Shown: positions 1 through 13,750, counted from the first letter of the stretch. The stretch is DNA of 64,000 bases from Eledone cirrhosa (GCA_964016885.1 OZ024740.1:48422001-48486000), one strand, 5' to 3'. The notes: generated from the sequence alone by a model not told the origin. Numbers and translations are program-made.

Positions 1-270
1 TCCATCTCTTGCTTACTGAGATATCACTAACAACTAACCTATGCTGTGGGGTACATTCTTCCCCAGGGTATGCCTTGGTATTAGACACTATCTGCCTGTC
101 CCGCTGCCTAACTAGTAAAAAGTCAATCTGGCTTATGTGCTCACCAGATTTGTAGGTTATTAGGTGATTGGCAGGTTTCTGGAAGTTTGTGTTGCAAATA
201 GTCAATGTACCTGCATCACAAAATTCAAGAAGTCTCACTCCTTCTTCATTTCTTGAACCGTAACCGTGCG
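1..270 (-). mobile_element. RTE LINE fragment (APE endonuclease region)
   Basis: Close match by eye to 18609-18860 of the RTE copy in this window. Confidence 0.8.
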
Positions 271-975
271 TATATATTTTTTTATTTTTTATAATACATT
301 TATGTATTTCCTACTTTAATTAAGCGTAATTTATACACTTCATTGAGAAGTCATACACAGGAGTTCTCTGATTACGGTCTAGCATAGATAATTTTCCTCT
401 GGGGTTAGGATACGCCTATGAGAATTGCAACCTTTGGACTCCAAGATGCATGGTACATTTTAGGAAGGAAATAGCATCTTCGACTTCATCAAATGGGAAG
501 TAAAATAAACTTCAGTGAAATTTGAATTCAGGAGAAAAGATAAAACTAAACAGGTATGGCTGTGTGGTTAATGAGTTCACTTTTCAACTGTGATTTTGAG
601 TTAAATCTCACTGCATGGCTCTTCGAGTAAGTCTCTTCTTCTACAGCCTTGGGTTAACTAATGACTTGTCAGTAAAATTTGCTAAACTGGAAATTGTGTG
701 GAAGAGCTTGTTGCATTTGCTCGTGTTTACATTTACTGCTTGTTCATGTTTCGTATTTTAGAGGCTCAACAAATAGAGATCAATAAAAGAAGTATTAGAT
801 TTGAAAAAGAAAGTAATAAGGTTGATAGGATTGACTAAATACTTTAAAGGCAGTTTAATGACTGAAACCAAATAAAGGATAAAAGAACAGAAAAAAGATT
901 TAGTTCCATTCTCTACTGTTCGAGCCATCACCTTCAAATCATGCCATAAAAAAGGAAGGACACATTGAATAATAT

Positions 976-1091
976 AATTGTTTCTATTTTAGGCCCAAGG
1001 CCAGCAATTACACAGTGCATTACTGGTACTTTATTTTATCGACCCCGTAAGGATGAAAGGCAAAGTCAACCTCGGTGGGATTTGAACTCAG
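976..1091 (-). mobile_element. SINE family B, 3' part
   Basis: Core ggtactttattttatcgaccccgtaaggatgaaaggcaaagtcaacctc shared with many copies in the window. Confidence 0.8.
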
Positions 1092-2116
1092 TAGTCCAAG
1101 ATGGTCAAGACACAGGTGGAACACTTGAACACCTATAAGATCAGGAATGACCTTAGACTAAATAACAACTTAAGATCATATGCTTTCCACTGACATGGAT
1201 TGGACAGGTTGTCATGGTCTGAGACCAAACCGTTTGGAGTGACCTAATTTTCATAATATGTTCCATATGGTTTCTATAGTTGCCCTTCTTAACACCAACT
1301 ACTCTACATGGTGAATTAGGTGTATTTTATTTTGTCACCAACACTGACACTTTACACATAGCATTAACACAAGAGAATTTGACACAGGCTAGGCCAGATT
1401 GAAGAATCCTCTCAAACCCTAAATTGTCTCTGATTGATTACCAAACACTGTAGCTTCTGATCAATAAAAGCCAAATGACCCAAAATGTTGATAGAAAAAA
1501 ACATCAATAATAATCTTTGAGTGGATGAGTAACGTGAAAGTATAATGGTAGAGGGGATGAATGGTGATAGAAAGGGAAGAGCTGGTATAGAAGAGTGTAA
1601 TAGAAGAGTGTAAGGAATGGGAGAAGGAAGCAGTGTAAAGTTTTGAGAGAAATAAAGGAGAGAATATATGTAAAGAGATATGAGAGTGAATGAAAAGTAG
1701 CTTTTAGGTGAGCAAATAAATGTTGGTAGTATAGAGAGGTATGTAAGGGCATAAGTGAATATGATGTTGTACATAGTACCAATAAAAAAAAAAGCGAGAT
1801 CTCTTCATTTAGTAAAAAATGAAAGTTTGCCCAGATATGAGATTTTAAATAGCAAATGTTTTCAATTTCCTAAGTCAATGAAGCAAAAGACATTTTATCA
1901 AAAAACATTTGTTTTATTCTACATTAAATGCTTATAATAAAAACATTAAAGTAATTTTTTAAAAAACCAGCTGTTTTCATAGCCTTGTATGATCAAGGTT
2001 TTATTTTTTTTTATTTGCCTTGACCAGTAAAACATAAAAACTTCCTAAACTAACTCGCCTCCAAAGAGGTTTGCCAGCCTGTTATCTAGATGAAGACAGA
2101 TAATGTATATACTTAC

Positions 2117-2204
2117 TTCATTTGACATTAACACTAGATTAATATCCCAGTCATTAACTTTAATAAGGGACCATTCCCAGTTTTCTCGCTCAGAGTCATC
2201 AAGC
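2117..2204 (-). CDS. ACD: TPP1/ACD-like gene, coding exon 3: (R)LDDSERENWEWSLIKVNDWDINLVLMSNE
   Basis: Polypyrimidine ttttag acceptor and gtaagt donor; 88 bp open frame; phase-compatible with exon 7851-7948. Confidence 0.7.
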
Positions 2205-3099
2205 CTAAAAATAAAGAAAGGATTTAATATAAAAGATTAAATTAAGCTGATTCAACATAGTCTTTAGAATTGCAGTCAATTGGGTCTATACTGAGTCAAC
2301 AGTTTATAACCTGAGTTAATAACTGAGTCTGCCAATCAATGTCGATAATTTCCAGCCTGTTACTAACACTATGTTGATTTCAGGACTCAGTACATAGAAT
2401 GGTAAATAAAATGTTTAGCTTCAACTAAGACTGTTCTGTCTTTTAAAAGACACAATTCATATTGTAAGCGGTTGGAGCTATTGCATAATTAAAATGATGT
2501 TTTATAAGTCTTTCACTAGGTCTAGACTATAATAGAAACACTCAGGACTCAGCCTTATTTGAATTCTATCACTGCCACACTGCAGTGGGCTCAATGCTTT
2601 ACCTTGGGTCCTCAACTCTTGATGGAGTTGTAGGTGTATCATTATGACCAAAGATATGTCTTGGGTATTTAAGCATGTTCAAGCCCATCCTTCCCCAAGT
2701 CTGACTGCAACCAATTCCTTCTGGAGAGAAAGAGGTAGAAGAATCAACCCCAGTGCTTGACTGGTATTATATTTATTGAACCTGAAAGGATGAAAGGCAA
2801 AGTTGACTGTAAAAGGATTTCAAATGACAGTGCAGAGAATCACAATGAATGCCACAAGGCCTTGTCAACATCAAATACTTGTCTCCAGTTGACTCAATAG
2901 AAATCGTCATTTCTGTTTAACACCAATTTTTCCACGATTGAATGGGTTAGACAGGTCATCCATGCCGGAAGGCAAGTCTGACCAGGGGTGGCCATGTGTC
3001 GCACCTTGATCCAGTGAGAACTGTAAATTTGGCTGGGCATTTTACAGCTGGATGCCCTTCCTAACACCAATCACGTTTACAGTGTGGAACTGGTTGGCT

Positions 3100-4450
3100 G
3101 TTACGAGGAAGGACAGGCCAGTTAGCTGCCCGTCTCACGATGGAATCATGTTTTCGGAGCCCACCCATCACAGTGGAACTATGGTTTTGGAGCCTGGTAC
3201 TAGATGGCACTGATACGAGGAGCCTAACCCATCTCATTGTGAAGCCCCAGTTTGGGGGCCTGGTACTGCTGGCACCACTATGTGGAGGGACACGTGTGGA
3301 ACCACAGTTTGGGAGCCTGGCATTGGATGGCATCAGTGATACCACTATAAGGACAGGCCAGTTCGCTGTGCCAAACCCTTCTCACAGCGACACCCGTTTT
3401 AGAGCCAGGCACTCTCCACGCAATGGACACTTATCAACTGGACCGTGGCAGCATGGAACTGTATGGCACCATTATGAGAGGGACAGGCCAGTTGGCCGCA
3501 CCAAACCTTTCACACAGCAGAACCTCAGTTCAGGTATAGGATGCCGCGTGACTTCACTATGAGAAGGGACAGACCAGTTGGCCGTGCTGAACTCATTTCA
3601 CAGCAGCACAGCAGTGATGGACACTGCCAGTTGGGACTCAGTACTGGATGGCACTGATATGAGGAGCCTAACCCATCTCACAGCATTGCCAGTTTCATGG
3701 CCCAGTATCGGATGGCACTGCCATGAGGAGGGACAGGCCAACTGGCCACGCTGAACCCATCTCACAGCACAACCATGGATGACACTGCTATGAAGGGGGA
3801 TAAATGTGGGACCACAATACAGCAGGAACTCAGTTTTTGGAGCCCAGCACTGGATGACACCACCATGAGAAGGGACAGGCCAATTTGTCTACGCTAAACC
3901 TTTCCCACAGTGGCATTCCAGTTTCGTGGCTGGGTACTCTCCATGTGATGAACCCTTCTCCTTAAGAAACCAGCAGTTGGAGCCCAGTATTGGATGTCAC
4001 CAGTACAAGGAGCCTAACCCATCTCACAGCCACTCTGAGGAAGGATAGGTGCGGAACCAGTATGGGAGCCTAGTTCACAGCAGGAACACAGTTTTGGGGT
4101 CCAGCACTGGATGACACCACCATGTGAAAGGACAGGCCGATTTGGCCATGCCGAACCCCTCCTACAGCAGTACACCAGTTTTGGAGCCGGGCCCTCTCCA
4201 CGCAACAAACCATTCTTAATACGAAGCCACATTTTGGGAGCCTGGGACTGGATGGCACGACTATGAGGAGGGACACGCCAGTCGGCTGCACCAAAACCTA
4301 CACACAGCAGCACCCTAGTTTTGGAACCGAGCTCTCTTCCATGCAATGAACCTTTCTCAATATGAAACCACAGCACTCTCCATATGATGAGCCCTTCACA
4401 ATATCACATTTTACTTCTGGAGCCCCGCACTGGATAACCGCGATGCAACT
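3100..4450. repeat. Degenerate GC-rich tandem repeat array
   Basis: Motifs gggacaggcca(g/a)tt, ggagcc(c/t)(a/g)g(t/c)actggatg(g/a)cac and aacccatctcacag recur every 75-120 bp or so. Confidence 0.75.
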
Positions 4451-4559
4451 CTCGTGTGCATGCCATCAACCATGTTTGCAGTGTAGAACTGGGCAGTGCC
4501 ATTTTGATCCGTGTCCGATGATGAGTTGTCAGAACGGGTCTTTTGTTGAACATTGTAGC

Positions 4560-7130
4560 GCTAGAGGACTCAGTCTCGTGTCATCCCCATTATGAGATTT
4601 AGTCGAGTCAGGTCCACCCTTATCATTTCATCCCACATCTTCCTCTCTTGGTGTCTCCTGCAACTTTTAAAGGCCTACACCTCTTCAAGCAGCTGTCATC
4701 CTTCATGCGCATCACGTGACCATACCACCGCAGTTTTCTCCCTTGCACACAGCATTTGATCCTTCTTATACCCAGCTTCAATTTTAATACACTAACACAT
4801 TGTCGCTCACATACACTTTTGTTACACATCAATCTGACCATATATGCTTCGTTTCTTTCGTAAGTCCTCGGCATGCAGAGCCCATGTTTCACTACCATGT
4901 AGCATTGCTGAGCGCATGCAGGCATTGTACAACTTGCCTTTTATCTTAAGTGAGAGACCCTTTGTAGTTAACAGAGGCAGCAGCTACCTGAACGTTTTTC
5001 AACCTGTTCTAACTCTTGTTGACTGTGCTTTCTGCACAGTCACCCCCACAGCTGATTTGGTTCCCCAGATAGTAGAAGCTATCAACTATTTCAATGTGGT
5101 CTTCTGTGCATTTGAAGGAGCATGCTATTGAGGGTCTTTACCTACCATCCCTGTGCAGGGTTCACATATGTAGTCTGTGTTTTTCGCCAGTCTGCCTGTT
5201 TTCCCACAATATCTTGTGTACCCACTGTCTGCATTTGGTGTACTGGATAGAGTCCTGCCCACTCCTTTCTTGCATACTGAGCAGCACCATTCCCCAGAGG
5301 GTATCAGAGCTCTGTTTCCTCTACTGCTCACAAGAATTTTGATCTTGTTCAGGTTGATTTTGAGGCCTTTTGTTTCCAAGTTGTGCCTCCATCTCTGAAT
5401 TTTTTTTCTCTAACTCTGCCATAGACTTGGCTATGAGGGTAAGGTTGTCGGCGTATAGTAATTCCCATGAGCAACTGGTCTTAATATTCCTCTGTTATAG
5501 CCTTTAGGACAATAATGAAGAGGAGGAGGCTAAGGATAAAGCCCTGATAAACCCCCACCTGCACGCTGAATTCCTCCCTGTATTCATTGTTGAATTTAAC
5601 TTCACTAGTGTCCCCTTTGTACATGGCTTGTACTGCTCTCACAAGCCATTCATCCAATCTTCGTTTTCTAAGGGCCCACCATATTACGGGTCAAGGGACT
5701 CAGTCAAAAATTTTCTCTAGGTATATGAATGCTAGGTAGAGCAGGTTGCTTTTAGCCAGGTACTTCTGCATTTGTCTCACAAGGAAGAGGGCTTCAGTGG
5801 TGCCTTTACCTGGCACGAATCCAAACTGCATTTCATCTCGGTCTATACAATCTCTTATCAGTTGTGCTATGACTCTTTCTGTAACTTTCATGACCTGGTC
5901 AGTCAGCTTTATGCCTCTATAGTTACTTCTCTCTAGGGCATCTCCTTTACCCTTGCAGCAGTTGATGATGCTGCTGCTATTCCAATCATTGGGAATGACA
6001 CCATTCTGTGTTACTTTGTTTACAATGAGGGTGGTTAAGGTGTACCCAACTGACCCACATGCTTTCAACATCTCAGCCACTACTTCTGATCGCCCGGCTG
6101 CTTTCCCTGTCTTCATATTCTTAACTGCCTTACTTACTAGGTTGCTGCTTACGCATACAGCGGGCCTTCTGTTGGGTACGCTTGAGGCAGGCTGTTTACC
6201 CCCTATGCGTTTTCCTCATTCATCAGCCTCATGTAATGGCATTTCTTTTCAGTGTGGGTGAGGGCAAGTGAGCCATTGTCATTTCGGAAGCATTTCTTCC
6301 TGAGAACATCTCTGCCTTCTTTGACACATTACTTTGCGAACTTGAACACTTTGCACTTTTAGTCCTCACATACTAGTACATGTTTAAACTTTTCGTTTTC
6401 TGCCTTGCTTTTTGCCAGCTATACTTGTCTTCTGGCTTCATCGTAGGGCTGTCTGCTACTTCCGTTTTTTTTCATTTTTTCTATGCCTGTCTTTTGGCTT
6501 TAATTGCTACGTCCACCTTGTTATTCCACCACCAGGTGGTTGTACTGCCTCTCCTTGAGGCCTTATTCCACCCTCAGGAAACCCCACTGCTCCTCTATGT
6601 CGTATGTCTCCATTTTTTCTTCCTTGCTATCAAAGGTGTCAAGTAGGAGTCTCCTGAATTTGTTACAAACTGATAGGCCCTTCAGTTTCCATATCCTTCT
6701 CCTATACTGCATGTTTCAGACTGCTGACTACCATACTATGTTGGAGGATGCATTTCTCATCTGAGACGCTCTCTGTTTATGACCATTGCCCTGTCGATTT
6801 GGCTGGTGTGCTCCCCTAAGTTATAGGTGATTAGCTGGTTTCTTGAAGTTAATATTACAGATGGTCATTTCATTTGCGTCGCCGAATTCCAGGAGCCTGT
6901 TCTTCCTCATTCCTTGTGCTAAACCCAAAACCTCCATCACTTAGTCTCTCCACATGTCCTTTGAAGTCGCCTGCAATAATGGTGACTTCGGTTTTACAGG
7001 TTTGGGATGTTGCACGTATTAGGGACTCGTAGAACATTCATTTGGGAGGCCAGATTGGGGTGCATAAGCAGACCAGATTGATACCATTGTCCTGTTCAGG
7101 ATGAGCCTAAGTGAGATGATTCTGTCATTA
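4560..7130 (-). mobile_element. Decayed RTE-clade LINE in intron 2
   Basis: Frameshifted APE/RT fragments (NYRGIKL, MQFGFVPGK, LRWYGHVMRM). Confidence 0.9.
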
Positions 7131-7850
7131 TATATTGGCTATTTGAAAACAAATAACACTAAATTCAAAGGCAGTGGTTTCTGGACAAAATTTCATCCAC
7201 AAGCTATTGGCCAAGTTACAGCTATGGTAGAAGACACCTACCTAAAGTGTTATACTGTAATATAACACTATAGGTAGGTGTCACTATGCACAGTACATAC
7301 ATGAACAGGCTATTCAATGTTTTTTGAGACATTTTTGATTTGAGGAAGATTTGGCTGCTAATTTTAAATGGGTGGGTAACCATGTTGAGGCTCCCTGGCT
7401 TCTGGTGTCATGTTTAAGGCTAGTGTGGATAATCATTATTGTTTAACCCCAGATCAATCCTGACTGAACTGGCCTATGATCAAAGGTGTTCTAGCCATGA
7501 CCACACTACCCTTTTCTCACAATTATTTCATGTACTGAACTCCCCTATTTTCAATGCAGGTGGGTATAATGAAATATTTGGTTATTATTGGCAGGTTGAG
7601 CATCACATAGAGGCTCCCTTGTTGGCTTGTATTTCTTTTATTGCCATATTTATTTTTTGTTCCGAATAACAGGTTAATTATCTAGGACATTATCCAATGT
7701 CCCTTTCCTAGTGTGATTTGAGGAAGATTTAGTCACCATTCTTAGTGGGTTTATTGACTATACACTGGTTTTCTTGTTGACTTAATAAGGTTAGACAAAT
7801 TAACAAAAACTCTATGAATGGAAAAGCAAAGCAAATGAAAATAACCTTAC

Positions 7851-7948
7851 CTGGAAAAAGATGTGCTAAGAAAATAGGCATTTATAAATGTTTTCCCATC
7901 TGAAACAACTTTAATCACAGTTCCATCTTTCAGTGGTCCTTCATAGTG
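7851..7948 (-). CDS. ACD: TPP1/ACD-like gene, coding exon 2: HYEGPLKDGTVIKVVSDGKTFINAYFLSTSFS
   Basis: tttacag acceptor and gtaagg donor; 98 bp open frame; VVSDG motif typical of the TPP1/Est3 OB fold. Confidence 0.75.
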
Positions 7949-8523
7949 CTGTAAATACCATATATAATAAATTTACAAACTGGACTGAATCAAAATAGGA
8001 ATACATAGTATTAAAAAGATATTAATTAAATATTTCACAAAGTACACATTAAACTCATTTTCAAATATATAATTTCAATAAATTTAGAATGAAAACAACT
8101 TCATATTCGAGCACATGAGGTACAATCAATATTTTGATTTTTAAAAAAATTTGTATAAAAATATACTACTTTTGTTTTACAAGATTTAGGATAAACACTA
8201 AAATATCCATATATTTCTAAAAGTTTGTTTGCGTGTAGGTCCCATTTCTCACTCTGATTTTTATGTATTAATCATTTATTGCTCCACTTCTTCCTCACTT
8301 GAGATTTTGTGCTTTTTACCTCTCTTCTATTACTCAGATGCTCTACTGCTGTTGTAATGACAAATACACTTGCTCTATTGCCATGTACTTTTCTTTTTTT
8401 ATCTCCTTTCTCTCTACTTTGTAACATTTTCTTACTCTGCACATTCATCAAAAGTTACTTCATTAATGAAAAGAAAAGGAAAACAGAATATATATATGTA
8501 CATGGCTTAGTGGTTATATATAT

Positions 8524-8866
8524 GCACATGGCTTAGTGGTTAGAGCATTGACCTTGCAATCGAAAGGTTGTGAGTTCAATTCTCAGACCGGGTGACGTGT
8601 TGTTTCCTTGAGCAAGACACTTTATTTCACATTGCTCCAGTTTACTCAGCTGTAGAAATGAGATGATGGGGACTGGGGTCCATATCCTTCCACTGCAAAA
8701 TGGTCGTGGAGGTGCCATGGCAAAAAAGCACTCAGCACTCACTGTAAATGAGGTTGGTGTTAGGAAGGGCATCCAGCTGTAGAAATCAAGCCAGAACCAG
8801 TTCTCGTCCCACCCTTGCAAGCAGGGAAAAGCGAACGTAAAGTGATGATGATGATGATGATGATGA
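8524..8866 (+). mobile_element. tRNA-derived SINE family A with RTE-type 3' tail
   Basis: A box TGGCTTAGTGG, B box GAGTTCAATTC, and (TGA)n tail shared with RTE 3' ends. Confidence 0.9.
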
Positions 8867-8869
8867 CAT

Positions 8870-9522
8870 AGATCTGGAATGGTGGGACATACTATGGTCA
8901 CCCGGATAGTAAACCAAGTAATACAGAATGGGGTCATACCAAATGACTGGCGTAACAGCATCATCATCAACTGTTACAAGTGCAAAGGGGACGCCCTGGA
9001 TAGAGGAAACTATAGGGGTATTAAATTAGGTGACCAAGTCATGAAAGTCACAGAAAGAGTTATTACTCAACTGATTAGAGACAAAATTGATCTAGATGAA
9101 ATGCAGTTTGGGTTTGTGCCAGGTAAAAGTACCATGGATACTCTTTTCCTTGTACAGCAATTACAGGAGAAGTACCTAGCTAACAATAAACCCCTCTACT
9201 TAGCTTTTGTTGACCTGGAGAAGTCCTTTGACAGAGTCACCTTAATCTCACACATCTACCCCATCCTTCCTCTTTCATTCTATCCATTGTGTCGATGACA
9301 CAACAGTCCACACTGTAAGGTAGCCGTGTACGAGACACGTGAAAAGGCTCCCAGTCCACACTGTAAATGTGGTTGGTGTTAGGAAGGACATCCAGCTGTA
9401 AAAAACCTGCCAGAGACGCTTCCGTGCGAGCAAGGTATGGTTTCCCGACCATTCCTGCATCAAATGGAACAATACCGTCTAACCCATGCTAGCATGGGAG
9501 ATGGACGTTAAACGATGATGAT
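8870..9522 (+). mobile_element. RTE fragment (RT piece joined to 3' UTR by internal deletion)
   Basis: ORF 8879-9298 matches the 22100-23707 RT; followed by 3' UTR and gatgatg tail. Confidence 0.85.
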
Positions 9523-10479
9523 ACGTATGTATGTAAATATGTATGTTTGTGTGAAGGAGATACACATGTAATATCAAACATTATTATTCAGATGTTCACA
9601 CAAACCCACACACACATTAAAATTTATACATTTCAGTTAAAGATGTGTGTCATTTTATTATTTTTCTTGCTTAGTCTGGAGAAAGGTGCTCCAAGACCAA
9701 TGAAATTGTTGTTGTTTACGTTTGATTAAAATTGTAGGTCAAGTCTTGCATGAAAGAAATCCAGAGGGATGATATTGTGGAGGAAAGACTGAGCATAGTA
9801 GTTAGTGAGGGACCTGGATGGCTGGACAATATAAGTGATGAGAAGGAGGAGAGATGAATGAGGCAGGAATGTTTGAGTGAAAGTTGCAAGAGGTCAGCCA
9901 GTTCTGAGAAGCAGAAGCCATTGTAGTAGCAGTAGAAAAGGCAGAAAAATGAGACAGAGCATTTATGGACTAGAGGCTTGTGTCTGTCAGTCAGTGACCC
10001 TATGCTAATCAGATGGGTGATCTTTTTCTGGATGTGGCCAAGGATGTCAGTGTGTGGCAACATTTCTCTCAGATGAGCTGAATAATTTCTGTCTTTGAAG
10101 AGAAGAGCCAGTCCTTTAGATGTGCATGCTCCATGAGAGATCTGTAGTGAAAGTGTGGCCTAGCATTTGGAGCAAACACGAGGGATTTAATTGCATGCTG
10201 TTCATGTTTAAGGGTGGTGAGGTACAATGATATTTTAGTTCCATACACATATAATCAATAGAGCATATGAACAATAACATAGGCATTTTAATCTTCTCAC
10301 AGTATGCAGGAATTTCCAGCATTTGCTTTCTCATCACATTCATGCATTTTACCAAAAACTCCAGCATTTTAGGTTCCCCTCATTTATATTTTATTGCATT
10401 TTGCACGACAGCTTTTAATTAGCGTAGTCTTCTGGCTTATTATTCCTTTGAAAATAACCTTTTCAAACCTCATGTTAAA

Positions 10480-10940
10480 AATATATTCACAATTTCCAGA
10501 GAGTCCTATAAGAAGCAGCCATCTCCAAATGATCCAGTGGGATTCCCAAGCAAGACCAACTGAACTCATGGTCTATTTCTGGGTCTTCTGCCAGTTGGTT
10601 TTGCTCATAAAATCTGTCCAGTGATTCTTTCCTTAGACATTCTAGCCACATGTTCGTACTATTGGAGTTGTGATCTCTCAATTCAGAGAAGTAGCAACTC
10701 CTTGATCTCCAAGCTACGCACTCTATTGAGTAATATTACTCCATAGACCCTTTGGAGGAACCCCATTTTGGCTGCTTGTATTCGCGATCATATTCTTTTG
10801 GTCATTACCCAAGTTTACTGATCCTACACCACCAGTCTCGATACCGCTACCAACCTGCCTACACATGTCAATCCTGTCCATGAAGATTGTGAACAGAAGA
10901 GATGACAGTAGACACCCTTAGTGGAGTCTGACATCCACAT
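10480..10940 (-). mobile_element. Old RTE-like LINE remnant
   Basis: Conceptual translation gives GCLLSSLLFTIFMDRI and RIQAAKMGFL...HVARM remnants. Confidence 0.55.
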
Positions 10941-11702
10941 AGAATTTTGTTATTGTTGTTGATAGATATAGTAATTTGTTTTACTTGTTTTAGTTGAATA
11001 AGTTAAGTTGAAAAGTTTTGCGATTAATTTTTAGACTATCAAACTCTGCTAGATAACACAATTCTTCACTATGTTTGGAGTGAAGCTTCAGTTTCTGAAT
11101 GAGTAGATGGTGCAAATGTAGCATCAATAATGAATGATTGTGATGTAAAGTATCATAAAATTAATGTTTTAAAGAATTATTTACTGTCGGTTTGGGAAAT
11201 CTGGGGAAAATAGAATGAAAGTCTACATTATACACGAATACTATATTATGCAAACTAACTCAAAATTACAAAACACCTATTGTAATTGATGTTATCCAAC
11301 TAGCTCCCGTGTTTTCTAGTTTTTTCTTCAATTACTAGTTTTCCAGTATTTTCATTCAAGTTAGTTGACAACCATAACAATAAAAACGAATCAACTCTTC
11401 CACTGATTCGGTATCAGTCATTCGACTGTCTTAAAGAATTTTGGCGATCATATGCATCCCAGTATTTATTTCAATCTCCATTCGCAAAAATACTACGTTA
11501 CGGGACAAAAACAAAATCACAGACATAGTCACACACTTATATATTGAATATAAAAGTATTTCAAATATATTCATGCAGTTATTATTTTCCTGGAAATCGT
11601 CCATCGATAGTCATGTTTTACGATATTCTGTTCCTGAAAAGAAAGACAATTCAGGAAAACCTTTGTTGATCGTTGCAACAGAAAAGGATATATATCACAT
11701 AC

Positions 11703-11810
11703 CTTAATAATTTGCAACAATTTAGGTGAATTATAATGTTCTCCATCTAGAATACATTGGATTAACCAAGGTTTCAGCGGGTAGTATATTTTAGATAGTC
11801 TACTGTCCAT
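11703..11810 (-). CDS. ACD: TPP1/ACD-like gene, first coding exon: MDSRLSKIYYPLKPWLIQCILDGEHYNSPKLLQIIK
   Basis: ATG at 11810; 108 bp; AAG/gtatgt phase-0 donor; LKPWLIQCIL resembles TPP1 LRPWIRELIL. Confidence 0.75.
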
Positions 11811-12599
11811 ATTAACACAACTTGTTAATCCGTTATATTACATGGAAACCGCCATTAGAATTTCGATAATTTATCCTCGAAATATATGAAGAAATTAATT
11901 AAAAGTGTTATAATTATTATTTATGCCCTAATTAAAACATTTTGATGGACAAAATTATTTTTGAAATGGTATCTTAGGTTTTAGTTTTAACATTAATTCC
12001 AGTAGAAAAAGATGCAATCAAAATAAACAAGCGTGCGGTTTTTTTAAAGGCTATATATATAAAGTAATTATAAAAAGTTCACTGGATGCAGGAAACGAAC
12101 TGAAACCAACAGGAAACGAACTGAAACCAAGCAGGAAAATACAACTTAATTTCCTTATCAAATTTAGGATTGTTTTACGTATAAAATAATCCTTTTCTTG
12201 TATCCATCATTTATTGCTTCGTTTAAGCAGCAGAACATGACCTTCAAAACCGATATTATATTTTGTTAAAATTTCGAATCAAACCAGCGGGTTTATTCTT
12301 TACTGGCTAAAATTGCAGTTTACAATATACGTGTTTGTTTGTTTACTTTTATTCATTCGATATGACAGTAACAAGTAGTACCAATAAATCACGATAGATC
12401 AATGCCTAATATCATTTATGTTTAAATACCTAATAGTTAAGTAATTCATAATTATGAAATCAATCAATAACAATTCATAGCTTAAGGAGGCCATAGATAC
12501 ACAACCTCCTTCCTTTATTTTCTTGCCCATCAGCCAACTGGAGCCCCTACCAATCCGATTTTGTATTTGAGTAAACATTCTGTTTCAATTAGCAGATAA

Positions 12600-12810
12600 C
12601 CGGTGACTATCTCCTCTTCGAGTATTTGCAACGGTCACGTCGAGACATCTGAAGTTCTTGGTCCCCGCATTGCTGATTTCCTCCGTAAAGTGGGTGGCTG
12701 TTGCAGCGGGTGTCTCTGGCCATTCTTCGCGGTAACGCTTTTGCCACTCAGACTGGTGTGTAGTGACTGTCCCGCACCACTTGATCCTTCTTTCTTTTTC
12801 TGCTTACTTT
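12600..12810 (+). mobile_element. Old CRE-like 3' remnant
   Basis: VETSEVLGP...FLRK resembles the RLE C-terminus of the copy at 14160-15260. Confidence 0.45.
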
Positions 12811-13489
12811 AATAGTGTTTTGTTTTTATTAGATACTGCTCAATTGTTTTTATATAATATCAATGGCGTTTCATGATATTGTGAACTTTTGTTAATTGCT
12901 TCTCGGCGAAAATCTGTTCTAGAGGTGCAAAGGTGTGATTGAAACAACCCAGCACTGCATCTGATGAAATTCGAACCCGTACCGATTTTCGAGCGAAACA
13001 GTTTTTTTTTATCGACTCTCAGAAACTCATATAGCTTCTATTCTGGGAATGCGTAGTGTAGTGAGTCGGGATTAAAAGGCAATATTTCATTCGTGACGGG
13101 GAGAACGATACGAACTTGCAACGACATATTTGATTTTGAAATGTATTTTCTTTAATACTTATATTCTCCGAAACTAGAAAGCAATGCGAACACATGCACA
13201 GAAATCTGTATTTGATATTATAGTTTGAGAAATACTAAACAACGAGAAAGTTTCTCGACCGGTGTTTCGTTAAGAGAGTTCCGGGGAAGACCAGGGTTCT
13301 GTGAAATTGGTGTCTTTTGATTAAAAAAATTATATTTGTTTTGAAAATATGTTTGCTTGTTGTAAGTTGCAACAACGCATGTTTCACTATTAAAAATGCT
13401 ACATACTTTCAGAATTCAAATTCGCTTAACGCTTCGTAAAAGAATTATATATTGTTTTTATACTATATTGTCACATTGGGGGAGTCGGG

Positions 13490-13750
13490 TCGCTGACTGC
13501 GAGGTTCCTTTCCTCACTGGCGGCTCGCCTAATAGAGGTGATTGGCGAATCTCGCGAGGGTGCTTGGCTGTTTCAGCGCATCAGCCTCGCCATCACCCGA
13601 GGCAACGCTGCGAGTGTGCTGGCTTGCCTCAAAAATCATTAGAGAGGTTGCCCAGTACTCGCGACATTGCTGTCTTTTGCTCTGGTGTTGGCTTCGTTGT
13701 ACACCCTTTCCTTTATATTTTCTTTAATATTGTAACATTAAAAGAATATA
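13490..13750 (+). mobile_element. CRE-like non-LTR retrotransposon 3' end
   Basis: Near-identical to 15025-15260. Confidence 0.8.

Noticed and set aside
3100-4450. CRISPR-like array
   Set aside because: The repeats are degenerate, there are no unique spacers or cas genes, and the context is eukaryotic.
8524-8600. tRNA genes at SINE heads
   Set aside because: They continue into a SINE body and RTE tail, so they are tRNA-derived SINE heads.
9730-10150. Possible ancient Penelope RT remnant
   Set aside because: Too degenerate to support by eye.
12955-13015. Hammerhead-like CTGATGA...GAAA
   Set aside because: Stem I and the cleavage-site region cannot be paired convincingly.
13043-13057. ZNF143-like promoter motif (actacgcattcccag on the minus strand)
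   Set aside because: The spacing is one base off the consensus and there is no TSS evidence.
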